From positions 1 to 64,000 of the forward strand of contig JBGFRX010000005.1 of NCBI GenBank assembly GCA_041694885.1: a stretch of DNA of 64,000 bases, written 5' to 3'. Positions 47,839-57,314 of this stretch are shown here, one piece after another. Under the pieces are notes generated by a model. That model was not told the origin of the DNA, made no database searches, and saw only the letters and a program-made list of their open reading frames with translations. Each line of letters begins with the position of its first letter. Position 1 is the stretch's first letter. The DNA is from Candidatus Micrarchaeota archaeon (GTDB lineage Archaea; Micrarchaeota; Micrarchaeia; Anstonellales; Bilamarchaeaceae). A program made the translations under genes and the position numbers.

Positions 47839-49242
47839 TTATGCGAGTTTCCACAGGGTCGTTTCGATGCGCCCTCTCTCGCTGCTTATTCTCTTATCCC
47901 ATTCGGGGTTAATTTTGACTTTTCTGGAAAGCCGCGCTTTTTTTATTTCAATTGCCTTATCCACTTCCGTTGCCGCGATGTCTGTTCCAAGCATCTTGTT
48001 GATTTCAGATGATTTCAGGTCCTCTATGTATTTTCCTTCCTTCGAAAGCAGTGCAACCATTTTCCCCACTCTTTCGTGCGCATCCCGGAAAGGGACTCCG
48101 TTCATTGCAAGCAAGTCCGCAAGCGCAGTAGCGTTCGCATAGTTCTTCTTTATCTCCAACACCATCTTCTTTTCATCGAATTCAAGTGTGGGCACGAGCT
48201 CAGCCACCATCGCAAGCGCCTCCTTCGCACTATCCAGGCCGTTCATTAGCGCAAATTTCGTCTCCTGCGAATCCGCATTGTAGCCGTTCATGAGCCCCTT
48301 CTGCACAACGAGCGTGTGAATGAGATTGCCGTAAAGCCGTCCTGTTCTCCCCCGCACCAGTTCCAGCACATCGGGATTCTTCTTGTTCGGCATTATCGAG
48401 CTGCCGGTCGTATATTCATCCCCCATGAGTATAAGCTCCTTCTGCGACAGCCAGATTATCTCCTCTGCAAACCGCGAGAGTTTTGCCATAAGCTCGCTCA
48501 GCGCAAAAAGAACTTCCGCCTCAATCTCTCCGCGCTGGCTTATGGCATCCATCTCGTTTTCAATTATGGAATCAAAGCCGAGCAGTGCCGCTGTTCTTTT
48601 TCGGTCTGTTTTCCAGTCGGTTCCGCTTATCGCGCACGCGCCCAAAGGACTTCTGTTCACCTTTTTGTACGCATCGAATATCCGCTCCAAATCCCGCTCA
48701 AAGGACTGCACATATGACTCGCACCAGAAGGAAACCATTACGGGCTGCGCAACCTGCGTATGAGTGTAAGACGGCATAGCAAAATCGTTTTCAGAGAGCG
48801 CTGCGAATGATTTCTGCAACTGCACAACCAAATCAGCGACAGCGAGCAGTTCGTCCCTAAGGTAAAGCCGCGTGTCCACAGCTACCTGATCGTTTCTGGA
48901 GCGCGCTGCGCGCATCTTCTTCCCAAAAGAAGTGATTTTCGTAACCTCGTTCTCCACATTCATGTGCACGTCTTCCAGTTCCTTTTTCAGATTGAATTTC
49001 CCCTCTTTGCGGGACTTCAGGACTGCTTTCAGCGCGGAAACAATAACATCTGCCTCCTCTTTCTTCACTATGCCCCGCTCGCCCAGCATTTTCACATGAG
49101 CAATCGAGCCCAGAATATCGTATTTGACGAGCCGGGAGTCCAACTGCACGTTCTCGCTGCTCATGTAATCGAGCACTTTTTCTTTCGGGCTTTTGGAGAA
49201 TCTTCCTCCCCAGAGCATTTTTTTGCCTTTCATTTCTTCCAT
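47839..49242 (-). CDS. argH: Argininosuccinate lyase
   Basis: LWGGRF, EDVH, RSRNDQ, TGSSIMPNKKNPD, PFRDAH. Confidence 0.96.
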   Translation of the reverse strand: MEEMKGKKMLWGGRFSKSPKEKVLDYMSSENVQLDSRLVKYDILGSIAHVKMLGERGIVKKEEADVIVSALKAVLKSRKEGKFNLKKELEDVHMNVENEVTKITSFGKKMRAARSRNDQVAVDTRLYLRDELLAVADLVVQLQKSFAALSENDFAMPSYTHTQVAQPVMVSFWCESYVQSFERDLERIFDAYKKVNRSPLGACAISGTDWKTDRKRTAALLGFDSIIENEMDAISQRGEIEAEVLFALSELMAKLSRFAEEIIWLSQKELILMGDEYTTGSSIMPNKKNPDVLELVRGRTGRLYGNLIHTLVVQKGLMNGYNADSQETKFALMNGLDSAKEALAMVAELVPTLEFDEKKMVLEIKKNYANATALADLLAMNGVPFRDAHERVGKMVALLSKEGKYIEDLKSSEINKMLGTDIAATEVDKAIEIKKARLSRKVKINPEWDKRISSERGRIETTLWKLA

Positions 49243-49307
49243 CCCGTTTTCAGGTGGTTTTCAGTTCCCTCTTTTCTCTTTCCCGCATTTTATTTCGGGT
49301 TCGTTTT

Positions 49308-50558
49308 CTATTTTTTTCCGTACTTCATCTTATACGCAGTTGAATATTGCATGAGCCAGAGCTTTGTGAACGCCCCTCCTTCCTTCTGGTCGAAGCTGCT
49401 GCCCTTTCCATACGTTGCGACATTGTGACTATAGAGTGCGTTCGGGCTCTTCCGCGAGGCGACAGTGGCAGCTCCTTTGTACAATTTCATCTTCACAGAG
49501 CCACTAACCTGGCTCTCCACCTCGTCGTTGAATTTGTCCAGCGCAACTTTCAGGGGGGAGAACCATTTCCCCGTGTAAATAATATCAGAGTACAAGTTGT
49601 CGGTGTAATTCTTGTGAAATAGTTCATCCTTTGTGAGCACGTATTTTTCCAAGTCCCTGTGTGCGGGAAGAACAACGAGCGCAGCAGGTGCCTCGTACGC
49701 CTCCCTGCTCTTGAATCCGATTGTTCTGTCTTCCATGTGCTCTATCCTTCCGACCCCATGTTCACCCGCTGTTTTGGTGAGCTGCCTTATCATCTCCACT
49801 TCATCCCTGTAAACTGTGCCATCAATCCCGATCTCCACAGGCACGCCTTTCTCAAAGACGATGTCAATGTACGCGGGTTTGTCAGGTGCCTTTTCAGCCG
49901 GCTTTGTCCATTCGTACGCATCTTCAGGAACTGCCTGCTCTGGAAATTCTATAGGCCCTGCCTCTATGCTTCTTCCCCACAGATTCTCATCAATGGAATA
50001 GGGGTTATCCCTCGTAATCTTCACTTCCAATCCCCTTTGCTTCGCATATTCTATCTCTTCGTCCCGCACCAGTCCCCAGTCCCTTACAGGCGCAATCACT
50101 TTCATGGAACTTAATGCAGCAACCCCTGCATCTATGCGCACCTGATCATTTCCTTTCCCAGTTGAGCCGTGGCAGACCGCCTGCGCACCTTCCTTCTTTC
50201 CCACCTCCACAAGCTTCTTGGCAATGAGCGGTCTTCCGAGCGCGGTGAAAAGGGGATAATTGCCCTCGTACATAGCGTTCGCCTTTAGCCCAGGCCAGAT
50301 GTATTCCCTGACGAATTCCTTTTTCGTCTCCAAACAGTAATGCTTCTTCGCACCTATCTTTTTCGACTTTGCTTCTACGCCCTTGAGTTCCCTCTCCTGG
50401 CCCAGGTCCAGCGTGCAGGTAATAACTTCCTTGCCCATTTCCTGCAAAAGCGAGGCGATAACCGTGGTATCCACCCCACCTGAGAATGCGAGCACGACCT
50501 TCTCTATGTCCTTGTATTCATTCTTTGTTTTCGTCTTGATTTTTTCAAATAAATCCAT
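49308..50558 (-). CDS. argG: Argininosuccinate synthase
   Basis: AFSGGVDT, HGSTGKGNDQVR, YSIDENLWG, KSREAYEAP. Confidence 0.96.
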   Translation of the reverse strand: MDLFEKIKTKTKNEYKDIEKVVLAFSGGVDTTVIASLLQEMGKEVITCTLDLGQERELKGVEAKSKKIGAKKHYCLETKKEFVREYIWPGLKANAMYEGNYPLFTALGRPLIAKKLVEVGKKEGAQAVCHGSTGKGNDQVRIDAGVAALSSMKVIAPVRDWGLVRDEEIEYAKQRGLEVKITRDNPYSIDENLWGRSIEAGPIEFPEQAVPEDAYEWTKPAEKAPDKPAYIDIVFEKGVPVEIGIDGTVYRDEVEMIRQLTKTAGEHGVGRIEHMEDRTIGFKSREAYEAPAALVVLPAHRDLEKYVLTKDELFHKNYTDNLYSDIIYTGKWFSPLKVALDKFNDEVESQVSGSVKMKLYKGAATVASRKSPNALYSHNVATYGKGSSFDQKEGGAFTKLWLMQYSTAYKMKYGKK

Positions 50559-50577
50559 AAGCCCCACCCTCTTCGTT

Positions 50578-51501
50578 CTATTTCTCCAATATTTTTAACA
50601 ATATTGCCTTTTGCATGTGCAGTCGGTTCTCCGCCTGGTCAAAGACGACGCTATGTTTGCCATCTATTATCTCCGCAGTCTGCTCATAGCCGCGCATCGC
50701 AGGAAGACAGTTCATGAATATGAATTCCTTTTTCGCGTATTTCGCTATTTCCGGATTGACCTGATAGGGCATGAGCTGCTTTATGCGCGCTTCCTTTTCA
50801 GAAGCAGGTACATGGTAGCTCATCCACGAATCAGTATACGCAATATCCGCATCCTTTATCGCCGACTTCGCATCACTTGTAATGGTTACTTTTCCGCCCG
50901 TTCGTTTTGCAATCTCCACATACTCCTTTTTGGGCATCATTTCAACAGGGCATCCAATGGAAATTTCCATCCCCACTATCGCGCAGCCCAGGATAAGAGA
51001 GTGCGTGACGTTGTTGTTTCCGTCTCCCAAATAGCAGAGCTTGAGCCCTTCCAATCTGCCCCTCTTCTCTTTAATGGTAAGGAGGTCTGAAAGAACTTGC
51101 ACAGGATGCTCATCGTTACTCAGCCCGTTTATCACGGGTATTCCGGAATTCTCATCCAATTTTGAAAGTTTCTCGTGCTCAAAAACCCTTGCCATTATGC
51201 AATCCACATATCTTCCATACACCTTCGCAGTGTCTTCTATGCTTTCTTTTGCGCCAAGAGGCGTTTGCGACGTTTCAATCACAACCGCATCTCCACCGAG
51301 CTCCTTTATCCCAACCTCGAAGCTCACCCGTGTCCGCAAGGAGGGCTTTTCGAAAAGCATGAGCAGCGTCTTTCCATCCAATTTCTTCCTGTACTTCTTG
51401 GGATCTTTCTTCACTTCAGCAGCCAAATCGAGCAGCGCTTCCACTTCTTTCCTGTTCAAATCAGCAATCGAAAGCAGGGACTTTCCCTTCATATTGTTCA
51501 T
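50578..51501 (-). CDS. argF: Ornithine carbamoyltransferase
   Basis: FEKPSLRTR, HPVQ, GDGNNNV, YTDSWMS, NCLP, DQAENR. Confidence 0.94.
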   Translation of the reverse strand: MNNMKGKSLLSIADLNRKEVEALLDLAAEVKKDPKKYRKKLDGKTLLMLFEKPSLRTRVSFEVGIKELGGDAVVIETSQTPLGAKESIEDTAKVYGRYVDCIMARVFEHEKLSKLDENSGIPVINGLSNDEHPVQVLSDLLTIKEKRGRLEGLKLCYLGDGNNNVTHSLILGCAIVGMEISIGCPVEMMPKKEYVEIAKRTGGKVTITSDAKSAIKDADIAYTDSWMSYHVPASEKEARIKQLMPYQVNPEIAKYAKKEFIFMNCLPAMRGYEQTAEIIDGKHSVVFDQAENRLHMQKAILLKILEK

Positions 51502-52469
51502 GACAATCCCTCTTTTTCCTCAAACCCGAACATGATATTCATGTTCTGCACTGCCTGGCCTGACGCGCCCTTGAGCAGGTTGTCAAGGACAGCGACTATC
51601 ACGAGCCGGTTGTTCTCGTCAATCTCAAAGCCGCCGAGCAGCAGCTTGTTCGTGTTCTGCACCGCATGTATATCAGCTATCCCTTCAACCACCTGCACAA
51701 AAGGACTGCCTTTGTAGAACTCTGCGTACATCTTCTTTATTTCGGCGGCGTTGTGCTTTTTTTTCAGGATTACATGGCTTACAATCATCATCCCCCTGAA
51801 TGTGTCCATTACCTGAGGAGTGAAGCCCACTTTGGTTTTTATGAACTGCTCAATCTCGTATTTGTGCCGGTGCCTGGTTAGGTTGTAGGCGATTATATTG
51901 TCCTTCGTGAGCGTCTTGTCCTTCGCATACGCGGATTCCTTTCCTGCTCCGCTCCAGCCGGACTTGCAGTCAAAGATTACGTATTTGGCAAATTTTTGCA
52001 CGGGGTAGGAACTCGCTATCATTCCAGTTGCATAGCAGCCCGGATTTGCAACGATCTTTGCCTTCTTTATTTTTTCCCTGAACAGTTCAGGAAGCCCGTA
52101 AATCGCCTTTCTTTCTTTATCTTTATGCCCGAAACCGTAGACCTTCTCATAATCCTCCGGCTTTTTGAAGCGATAGTCCGCGCTCAGGTCTATAATCCTG
52201 CATTTCAGCTTCGGCACGAATTCCATTGCCTTGGTGTGCGGAAGAGCAAGGAACACAACATCCAAATTCATTTCGTTTATTTCATCAATACTGAAGCCAG
52301 TGTAAGCAAGCTCCCCTTCAAAGTCCGGATAAAGTTCCTTTACTTTTTTCCCCGCATTGTGCCCGCTGTTCAGAGCCAGAAGCTCAACTTTCCCATGTTT
52401 GGAAAGCACTTTCACGAGTTCGTGGCCCGTATAGCCACTCGCACCTATTATTCCTGCCTTGATTTTCAT
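51498..52469 (-). CDS. argC: N-acetyl-gamma-glutamyl-phosphate reductase
   Basis: GASGYTG, DLSADYR, YGLPE, ANPGCY, SG.SGAG, DNLLKGASGQA. Confidence 0.95.
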   Translation of the reverse strand: MKIKAGIIGASGYTGHELVKVLSKHGKVELLALNSGHNAGKKVKELYPDFEGELAYTGFSIDEINEMNLDVVFLALPHTKAMEFVPKLKCRIIDLSADYRFKKPEDYEKVYGFGHKDKERKAIYGLPELFREKIKKAKIVANPGCYATGMIASSYPVQKFAKYVIFDCKSGWSGAGKESAYAKDKTLTKDNIIAYNLTRHRHKYEIEQFIKTKVGFTPQVMDTFRGMMIVSHVILKKKHNAAEIKKMYAEFYKGSPFVQVVEGIADIHAVQNTNKLLLGGFEIDENNRLVIVAVLDNLLKGASGQAVQNMNIMFGFEEKEGLS

Positions 52470-52505
52470 TGCATTGCCCCCAACACTTTCTTTCATCCCG
52501 TTCAT

Positions 52506-53660
52506 CTACAGCCTCTTCAATACCTTTTCGAGTATTTTGATCGCTTCGTCTATTTCCTTTTTCCTGACAGTGAGCGGAGGAAGAAAGCGCAGCGTGAATT
52601 CGTTCGGCGCGTTTGCAATGAGCCCGTTTTTCAAACATTTTTCCACCACTTTCTTCGCATCAGCTTCAATTTCAGCGCCTATCATGAGCCCCTTTCCCCT
52701 GACTTTTTTCACTTTTTCGAGTGCGGAGAGTTTTTTCAGGAAATAGGCGCCTGCTTCAGACGCGTTTTCCATAAACCCCTTCCGCATAATGCAATCAATA
52801 GTGGCGTTTGCAGCAGCGCACGCGAGCGGATTCCCTCCGAAAGTGGATGCGTGGTTTCCCTTCCCGAATCCGTATTTCGAAATGCAGGCGCCTATCGGAA
52901 CTCCATTCGCGAGCCCCTTCGCAGTAGTTATTATATCAGGGGTTATTCCTTCATGCTGGTATGCGAAAAATTTCCCTGTTCTTCCGTTCCCTGTCTGCAC
53001 CTCGTCCAAAATGAGCAGGACATTCTTTCTTTTGCATATCCCGCTCACTTCAGCGAGAAAGCCCTCTTTTGGGACTATTACCCCCCCTTCGCCTTGTATG
53101 GGCTCGAGCATCACTGCTGCCGTATTACTGTTTATCGCATTCTCTATTGCCTTGGCATCCCCATAGTCCACGAAAACGAAGCCCTCGACAAGAGGGAAAA
53201 ACGGCTTCCTGAACGCCTTCTTCCAGGTTGCGGAAAGCGCGCCGTGCGTCCTTCCGTGGAACGAGCCCTTGCACACCACGAACTCCTTCTTCCCGGTTAT
53301 TTTTTTCGCGAGCTTTATCGCCGTCTCGTTCGCCTCCGCACCCGAGTTGCAGAAAAAGCACTTCTTCAGCCCGGATATTTTCACGAGTTTTTCCGCAAGC
53401 ACGACCTGCTGCTCAGTATAGTAATAGTTGCTTATCTGAAGAAGCGTTTTCGCCTGCTTTGCAATCGCCTTTCCGACTTCCTTGTTGCAGTGCCCTATGG
53501 CAATGCATCCGAGCCCGCCCAGCATGTCAAGGTATTTTTTCCCGTCCTTGTCGTAAACAACGCATCCGCTGCCCTTCTCAGCCACCAAATCGAACCGGCT
53601 GTAGGCATGCATTATGTATTCCGAGTCCTTTTCCTTCACTTCATCAGCGTTCATTTCCAA
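52506..53660 (-). CDS. argD: Acetylornithine aminotransferase
   Basis: NSGAEANE, SFHGRT, EPIQGEGG, DEVQTG, AKGL, TFGGNP; operon context. Confidence 0.93.
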   Translation of the reverse strand: MEMNADEVKEKDSEYIMHAYSRFDLVAEKGSGCVVYDKDGKKYLDMLGGLGCIAIGHCNKEVGKAIAKQAKTLLQISNYYYTEQQVVLAEKLVKISGLKKCFFCNSGAEANETAIKLAKKITGKKEFVVCKGSFHGRTHGALSATWKKAFRKPFFPLVEGFVFVDYGDAKAIENAINSNTAAVMLEPIQGEGGVIVPKEGFLAEVSGICKRKNVLLILDEVQTGNGRTGKFFAYQHEGITPDIITTAKGLANGVPIGACISKYGFGKGNHASTFGGNPLACAAANATIDCIMRKGFMENASEAGAYFLKKLSALEKVKKVRGKGLMIGAEIEADAKKVVEKCLKNGLIANAPNEFTLRFLPPLTVRKKEIDEAIKILEKVLKRL

Positions 53661-54489
53661 CTACCTCAGTCCCTATTCCTTCCTCGGTGAATATTTCGAA
53701 AAGCAGGGAATGCGGCACAGTGCCGTTTATCAGATGCGCCTTCCTGCAGCCCGCTTCCACTGCTTCCATGCATGCCTCCACCTTTGGTATCATACCCTTG
53801 GTTATCACTCCATTCTTTATCAGCCTGCGCGCCTGCGCAATAGAGAGGTGGGGGATAAGGGCTCCGTTCTCCATTACTCCGTCAACATCCGTCAGAATGG
53901 TGAGCTTCACCGCTTTGAGCGCAACGGCGACCTTCACTGCAGCACTATCAGCGTTTATGTTGTACGTCTGCCCGTCCTTTGTCCCGAGCGGAGATATGAC
54001 CGAAGTTATTCCCCCATCAAGCATCTTCTTGATTTTTTCCACATCCACCTTCTTCACTTCGCCCACGAACCCCAGTTTTTCGTCCTTCTGCTCCACGTGC
54101 ATGCAATCGTAAAGCGCCTCGCTCCTGCAGTGCATTTTCTTCAGGGCTGCCCTTATCTCATCGTTGATTTTCGCGAACACCTTTCGTATTATCTCCACTG
54201 TTTCCGCATCAGTCACGCGCAGGCCGTTTACGAAAACCGGCTTTGCGCCCAATTTCTCCATCTCCCTGGTGACTTCAGGCCCGCCGCCGTGTACTATAAC
54301 CGGCTTTATCCCAACCGCCTTCAGGAACGCAACGTCCTTCATCACCGATTCCTTCACTAAGTCGTTCACCATCGCTTTCCCGCCGTACTTTATCACCATC
54401 ACTTTGCCCCTGAACTTGTGGAGATAAGGCAGCGCCTCGTCTATCAGGATTTTTGCTTTTTCAATATGGTTCATTTTCATCACATCCAT
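53644..54489 (-). CDS. argB: Acetylglutamate kinase
   Basis: VIKYGG, VHGGG, GLRVTD, NINAD, GMIPK, GIGT. Confidence 0.95.
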   Translation of the reverse strand: MDVMKMNHIEKAKILIDEALPYLHKFRGKVMVIKYGGKAMVNDLVKESVMKDVAFLKAVGIKPVIVHGGGPEVTREMEKLGAKPVFVNGLRVTDAETVEIIRKVFAKINDEIRAALKKMHCRSEALYDCMHVEQKDEKLGFVGEVKKVDVEKIKKMLDGGITSVISPLGTKDGQTYNINADSAAVKVAVALKAVKLTILTDVDGVMENGALIPHLSIAQARRLIKNGVITKGMIPKVEACMEAVEAGCRKAHLINGTVPHSLLFEIFTEEGIGTEVVGNER

Positions 54490-54522
54490 TTTGTTCGCTT
54501 AAGCGGTGAATCTGCGACATCT

Positions 54523-55692
54523 TCACGTAGGATAGTGCGCATTTATTTTCACGTACTCCTCGCTCATGTCGCATCCGTACGCAGTCGCTTCCTCCTTTCC
54601 TGAATTCATATCTATCGTTATCTTCAGCTCCTTTTGATTCATTATTCCCTTCACCTTTCCATAATCGAAATCCACAGTAACCCCGTTCTTCACTATCTGC
54701 ATGTTCCCGAAATGCACATCCACCTTCAGTTCGTCGAACTTTGCTCCGGAATTGCCCAGGGCGCAGACTATCCTTCCCCAGTTCGGGTCGTTTCCGTAAA
54801 CGGCGCATTTCACCAGATTCGAACTCACGACCGATTTTGCAAGCGCTTTTGCGGAATTTTCATTCTTTGCGCCTTTCACATGCACTTCGAGCAGTTTAGT
54901 CGCCCCTTCTCCATCCGCAGCTATTTTCTTCGCAAGCTGCGTGCAGATCTCATCCATCGCCTGCTGGAATCTCTTCCCATCAACCTTTCCGGCATTTCCG
55001 TTCGCCATGGCTATGCACATGTCGCTCGTGGAGGTATCCATGTCCACAGTCAGCATGTTGAACGACTTGCCCGCTGATTTTTTCAGGGCTTTCTGCAGCG
55101 CATCCGGTTGCACGTCCGCGTCAGTGCAGATGAATGCGAGCATTGTAGCCATGTTCGGGTGCACCATTCCTGCGCCTTTTGCTATTGCACCTATGGAGAA
55201 ATTATCCATTTTCACAAAGACCTCTTTCTTCACCCTGTCGGTTGTGAGTATTGCCTCCGCTACCTTTCCGTCCTTTGAAAGTTCCCCCTTTATTCCCCTG
55301 ATGCCATTTTCTATTTTCTCCATGGGCAGGTAATGGCCTATTATGCCAGTCGAAGCCACGAGCACGTGCTTTTCATCTATCCCAAGCTCCTGTGCAGCAA
55401 GTTTGGCGGTCTTCTCAGCAGCTGCAATTCCCGGTTTCCCCGTGCACACGTTCGCGACTCCGGAGTTTATCACTATTGCCTGCGCTTTTCCTCCTTTAAG
55501 GTGCTCCATCGTAACATAGAGCGGAGCGCCTTTCACCCTGTTCTGCGTATAGATTGCAGCCGCGCTGCACAGGTGCTCCGAGAATATCACCCCGAAGTCC
55601 AAATTGCTTTTTTTTATACCGATATGCTTACCCAGCGCCGTGAATCCATCAACTTTGCCTATCGCGTTTTCGTCCATGCTTTCATCGCGCAT
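54523..55692 (-). CDS. argJ: Ornithine acetyltransferase
   Basis: NSGVANVCTG, STGIIG, ILTTD, KGAGMVHPNMATML, DTSTSD, DGEGATK, DPNWGR; start may be 55677. Confidence 0.95.
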   Translation of the reverse strand: MRDESMDENAIGKVDGFTALGKHIGIKKSNLDFGVIFSEHLCSAAAIYTQNRVKGAPLYVTMEHLKGGKAQAIVINSGVANVCTGKPGIAAAEKTAKLAAQELGIDEKHVLVASTGIIGHYLPMEKIENGIRGIKGELSKDGKVAEAILTTDRVKKEVFVKMDNFSIGAIAKGAGMVHPNMATMLAFICTDADVQPDALQKALKKSAGKSFNMLTVDMDTSTSDMCIAMANGNAGKVDGKRFQQAMDEICTQLAKKIAADGEGATKLLEVHVKGAKNENSAKALAKSVVSSNLVKCAVYGNDPNWGRIVCALGNSGAKFDELKVDVHFGNMQIVKNGVTVDFDYGKVKGIMNQKELKITIDMNSGKEEATAYGCDMSEEYVKINAHYPT

Positions 55693-55742
55693 TTTCGCCT
55701 ATTTAATCGTTGCGCTCCATTCCTGCAAAAATATTTCAAAAA

Positions 55743-55758
55743 TGTTCCATTTGGAACA
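55743..55758. promoter_or_regulatory. Palindromic candidate operator TGTTCCA-tt-TGGAACA in the arg/ACT divergent promoter
   Basis: 7-bp perfect inverted repeat in an AT-rich divergent intergenic region, next to TTTTAAAA. Confidence 0.55.
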
Positions 55759-55856
55759 AATTAGTTAAATTTTAAAACCTTGGCGCATATTCATGGCAAG
55801 CGGACCGGAAAATCAGGGCGAAATGAAGCGGAGCAGCATGGAAAGGGCGGAACGAA

Positions 55857-56468
55857 ATGAAAAGAAAGAATGGGAATAAGACGAGCGAACTCGTGTGGCT
55901 ATACGTGAAGAGAAGACCTTTCATAAAGGAGATGCTGAAATATGATTTGGTGAACTACAGCCGCCTCGCGCGTCGGCTCTGCAGGGATATTTTTCGTTCG
56001 CAGGACTATTTCCACGCAGTGAAAGTAGCACTCATACGCCTCAGCTCCAGGATAAGGAAAAAGGAAGGGGAGATGGAAGGAAAGGTGCTCGAAGTACTGA
56101 AGAAGAGCACGATTACGATAAGAAACAAAGTGGTCGTATTGATTTCCTCTGCTCCGCTCCAGCTCAATGCGATATCATCGGTGAAAAGCGGCAACTTCTA
56201 CACTTACATAGCCGAGTGCGGCGAAACGCAGAAGGCGATGCGCTCTAAAAGTGTAATTTCCGCAGAGGAGAACCTCAACCTTTTCGTACTTTCGAGTTCT
56301 CCAGATATTGAAAATACACCTGGAGTGATTTCCACCGTGCTGCACATGCTCGCTGCGGAAGGCATAAACGTTAACGATTTCATCTCTTCCTATACTGACA
56401 CTTTGCTCGTAATAAGGGAATCGGACACTTCGCGCGTGTACGAGCTTTTGTCTTCGCTTACGAAATAG
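55857..56468 (+). CDS. Putative regulator: N-terminal helical (NYS.LAR) domain + C-terminal ACT domain
   Basis: LVNYSRLAR...AVKVALIR; TPGVI...LAAEGINV...SSYTDT ACT signature. Confidence 0.8.
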   Translation: MKRKNGNKTSELVWLYVKRRPFIKEMLKYDLVNYSRLARRLCRDIFRSQDYFHAVKVALIRLSSRIRKKEGEMEGKVLEVLKKSTITIRNKVVVLISSAPLQLNAISSVKSGNFYTYIAECGETQKAMRSKSVISAEENLNLFVLSSSPDIENTPGVISTVLHMLAAEGINVNDFISSYTDTLLVIRESDTSRVYELLSSLTK

Positions 56469-56483
56469 CCGACAAATATACGA

Positions 56484-57290
56484 ATGATGAATATGGAAGT
56501 TATTGCATTGTCTTTCTTCGCAGTGCTCCTGCTCTCAGGCATATTCGCGCTGCTCGGGCTTGGGGGCGCCTCGATATACGTGCCGGTATTCTTTTGGCTC
56601 GGAATCCCGCTCGAAAGCGCGATAGCAGCAGGGCTTTTCATGAACGTCGTCTCAACAGGAATATCATCGCTCAACTACCATGCAGGAGACCTTCTGGACT
56701 TCAGGGCCGCATTCTGGATCCTTGCAGGCGCGCTGATTGGCTCGCCAATAGGCGTATGGCTCTCCCATTCCCTTCCCCACAAAGCAATAATCGGGCTGTT
56801 TTCCCTTGTCTTGCTGCTCGCAGCCCTGCGCATGGCATTTGCTAAAATAAAAACGAAAAGAAAAGATGGTGCGCTTGAAGAAGGCGGAGCAGGTCTTTTC
56901 GAGGAGTTGGGCGCTTCGGTTCTCGGTGTTTCCATTGCAAGGAGTGCAGCAGGAGGCACCACTGGAATAGTGAGCGGTACTCTGGGAATAGGCGGAGGCG
57001 TCTTTCTGGTTCCATTCCTCATGGAAACCGGTTTCAGCCCCAAAAAAGCAGCTGTTCTTTCCACATTTGTGGTGTTCTTCGCCTCGCTCGTGGGCCTTCT
57101 CGGCCATGTGGTAGTGCAGCAGCCGGATTACCCATTCATGCTCGCAACTGGTTCAGCTGCGCTGATAGGCGCCTATTTCGGCTCTAAGAGAATGGCAGAG
57201 GGGAAAATACCTGACGAACTGGTGAAAAGGGCGTTCGCGCTCCTCCTTTTCATATTCGGGCTGAAACTCGCGTACGACTTTTTTATATAG
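56484..57290 (+). CDS. TauE/SafE (DUF81) sulfite-exporter family membrane protein
   Basis: LGLGGA..YVP and SGTLGIGGGVFLVP repeats. Confidence 0.9.
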   Translation: MMNMEVIALSFFAVLLLSGIFALLGLGGASIYVPVFFWLGIPLESAIAAGLFMNVVSTGISSLNYHAGDLLDFRAAFWILAGALIGSPIGVWLSHSLPHKAIIGLFSLVLLLAALRMAFAKIKTKRKDGALEEGGAGLFEELGASVLGVSIARSAAGGTTGIVSGTLGIGGGVFLVPFLMETGFSPKKAAVLSTFVVFFASLVGLLGHVVVQQPDYPFMLATGSAALIGAYFGSKRMAEGKIPDELVKRAFALLLFIFGLKLAYDFFI

Positions 57291-57314
57291 TATATAAGTC
57301 ACGAAACTTCGTTT

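Noticed and set aside
51996..53690. 564-aa + strand ORF and many other long antisense ORFs (e.g. 29261-30025, 62783-63640)
   Set aside because: Shadows of well-supported genes on the opposite strand; no motifs
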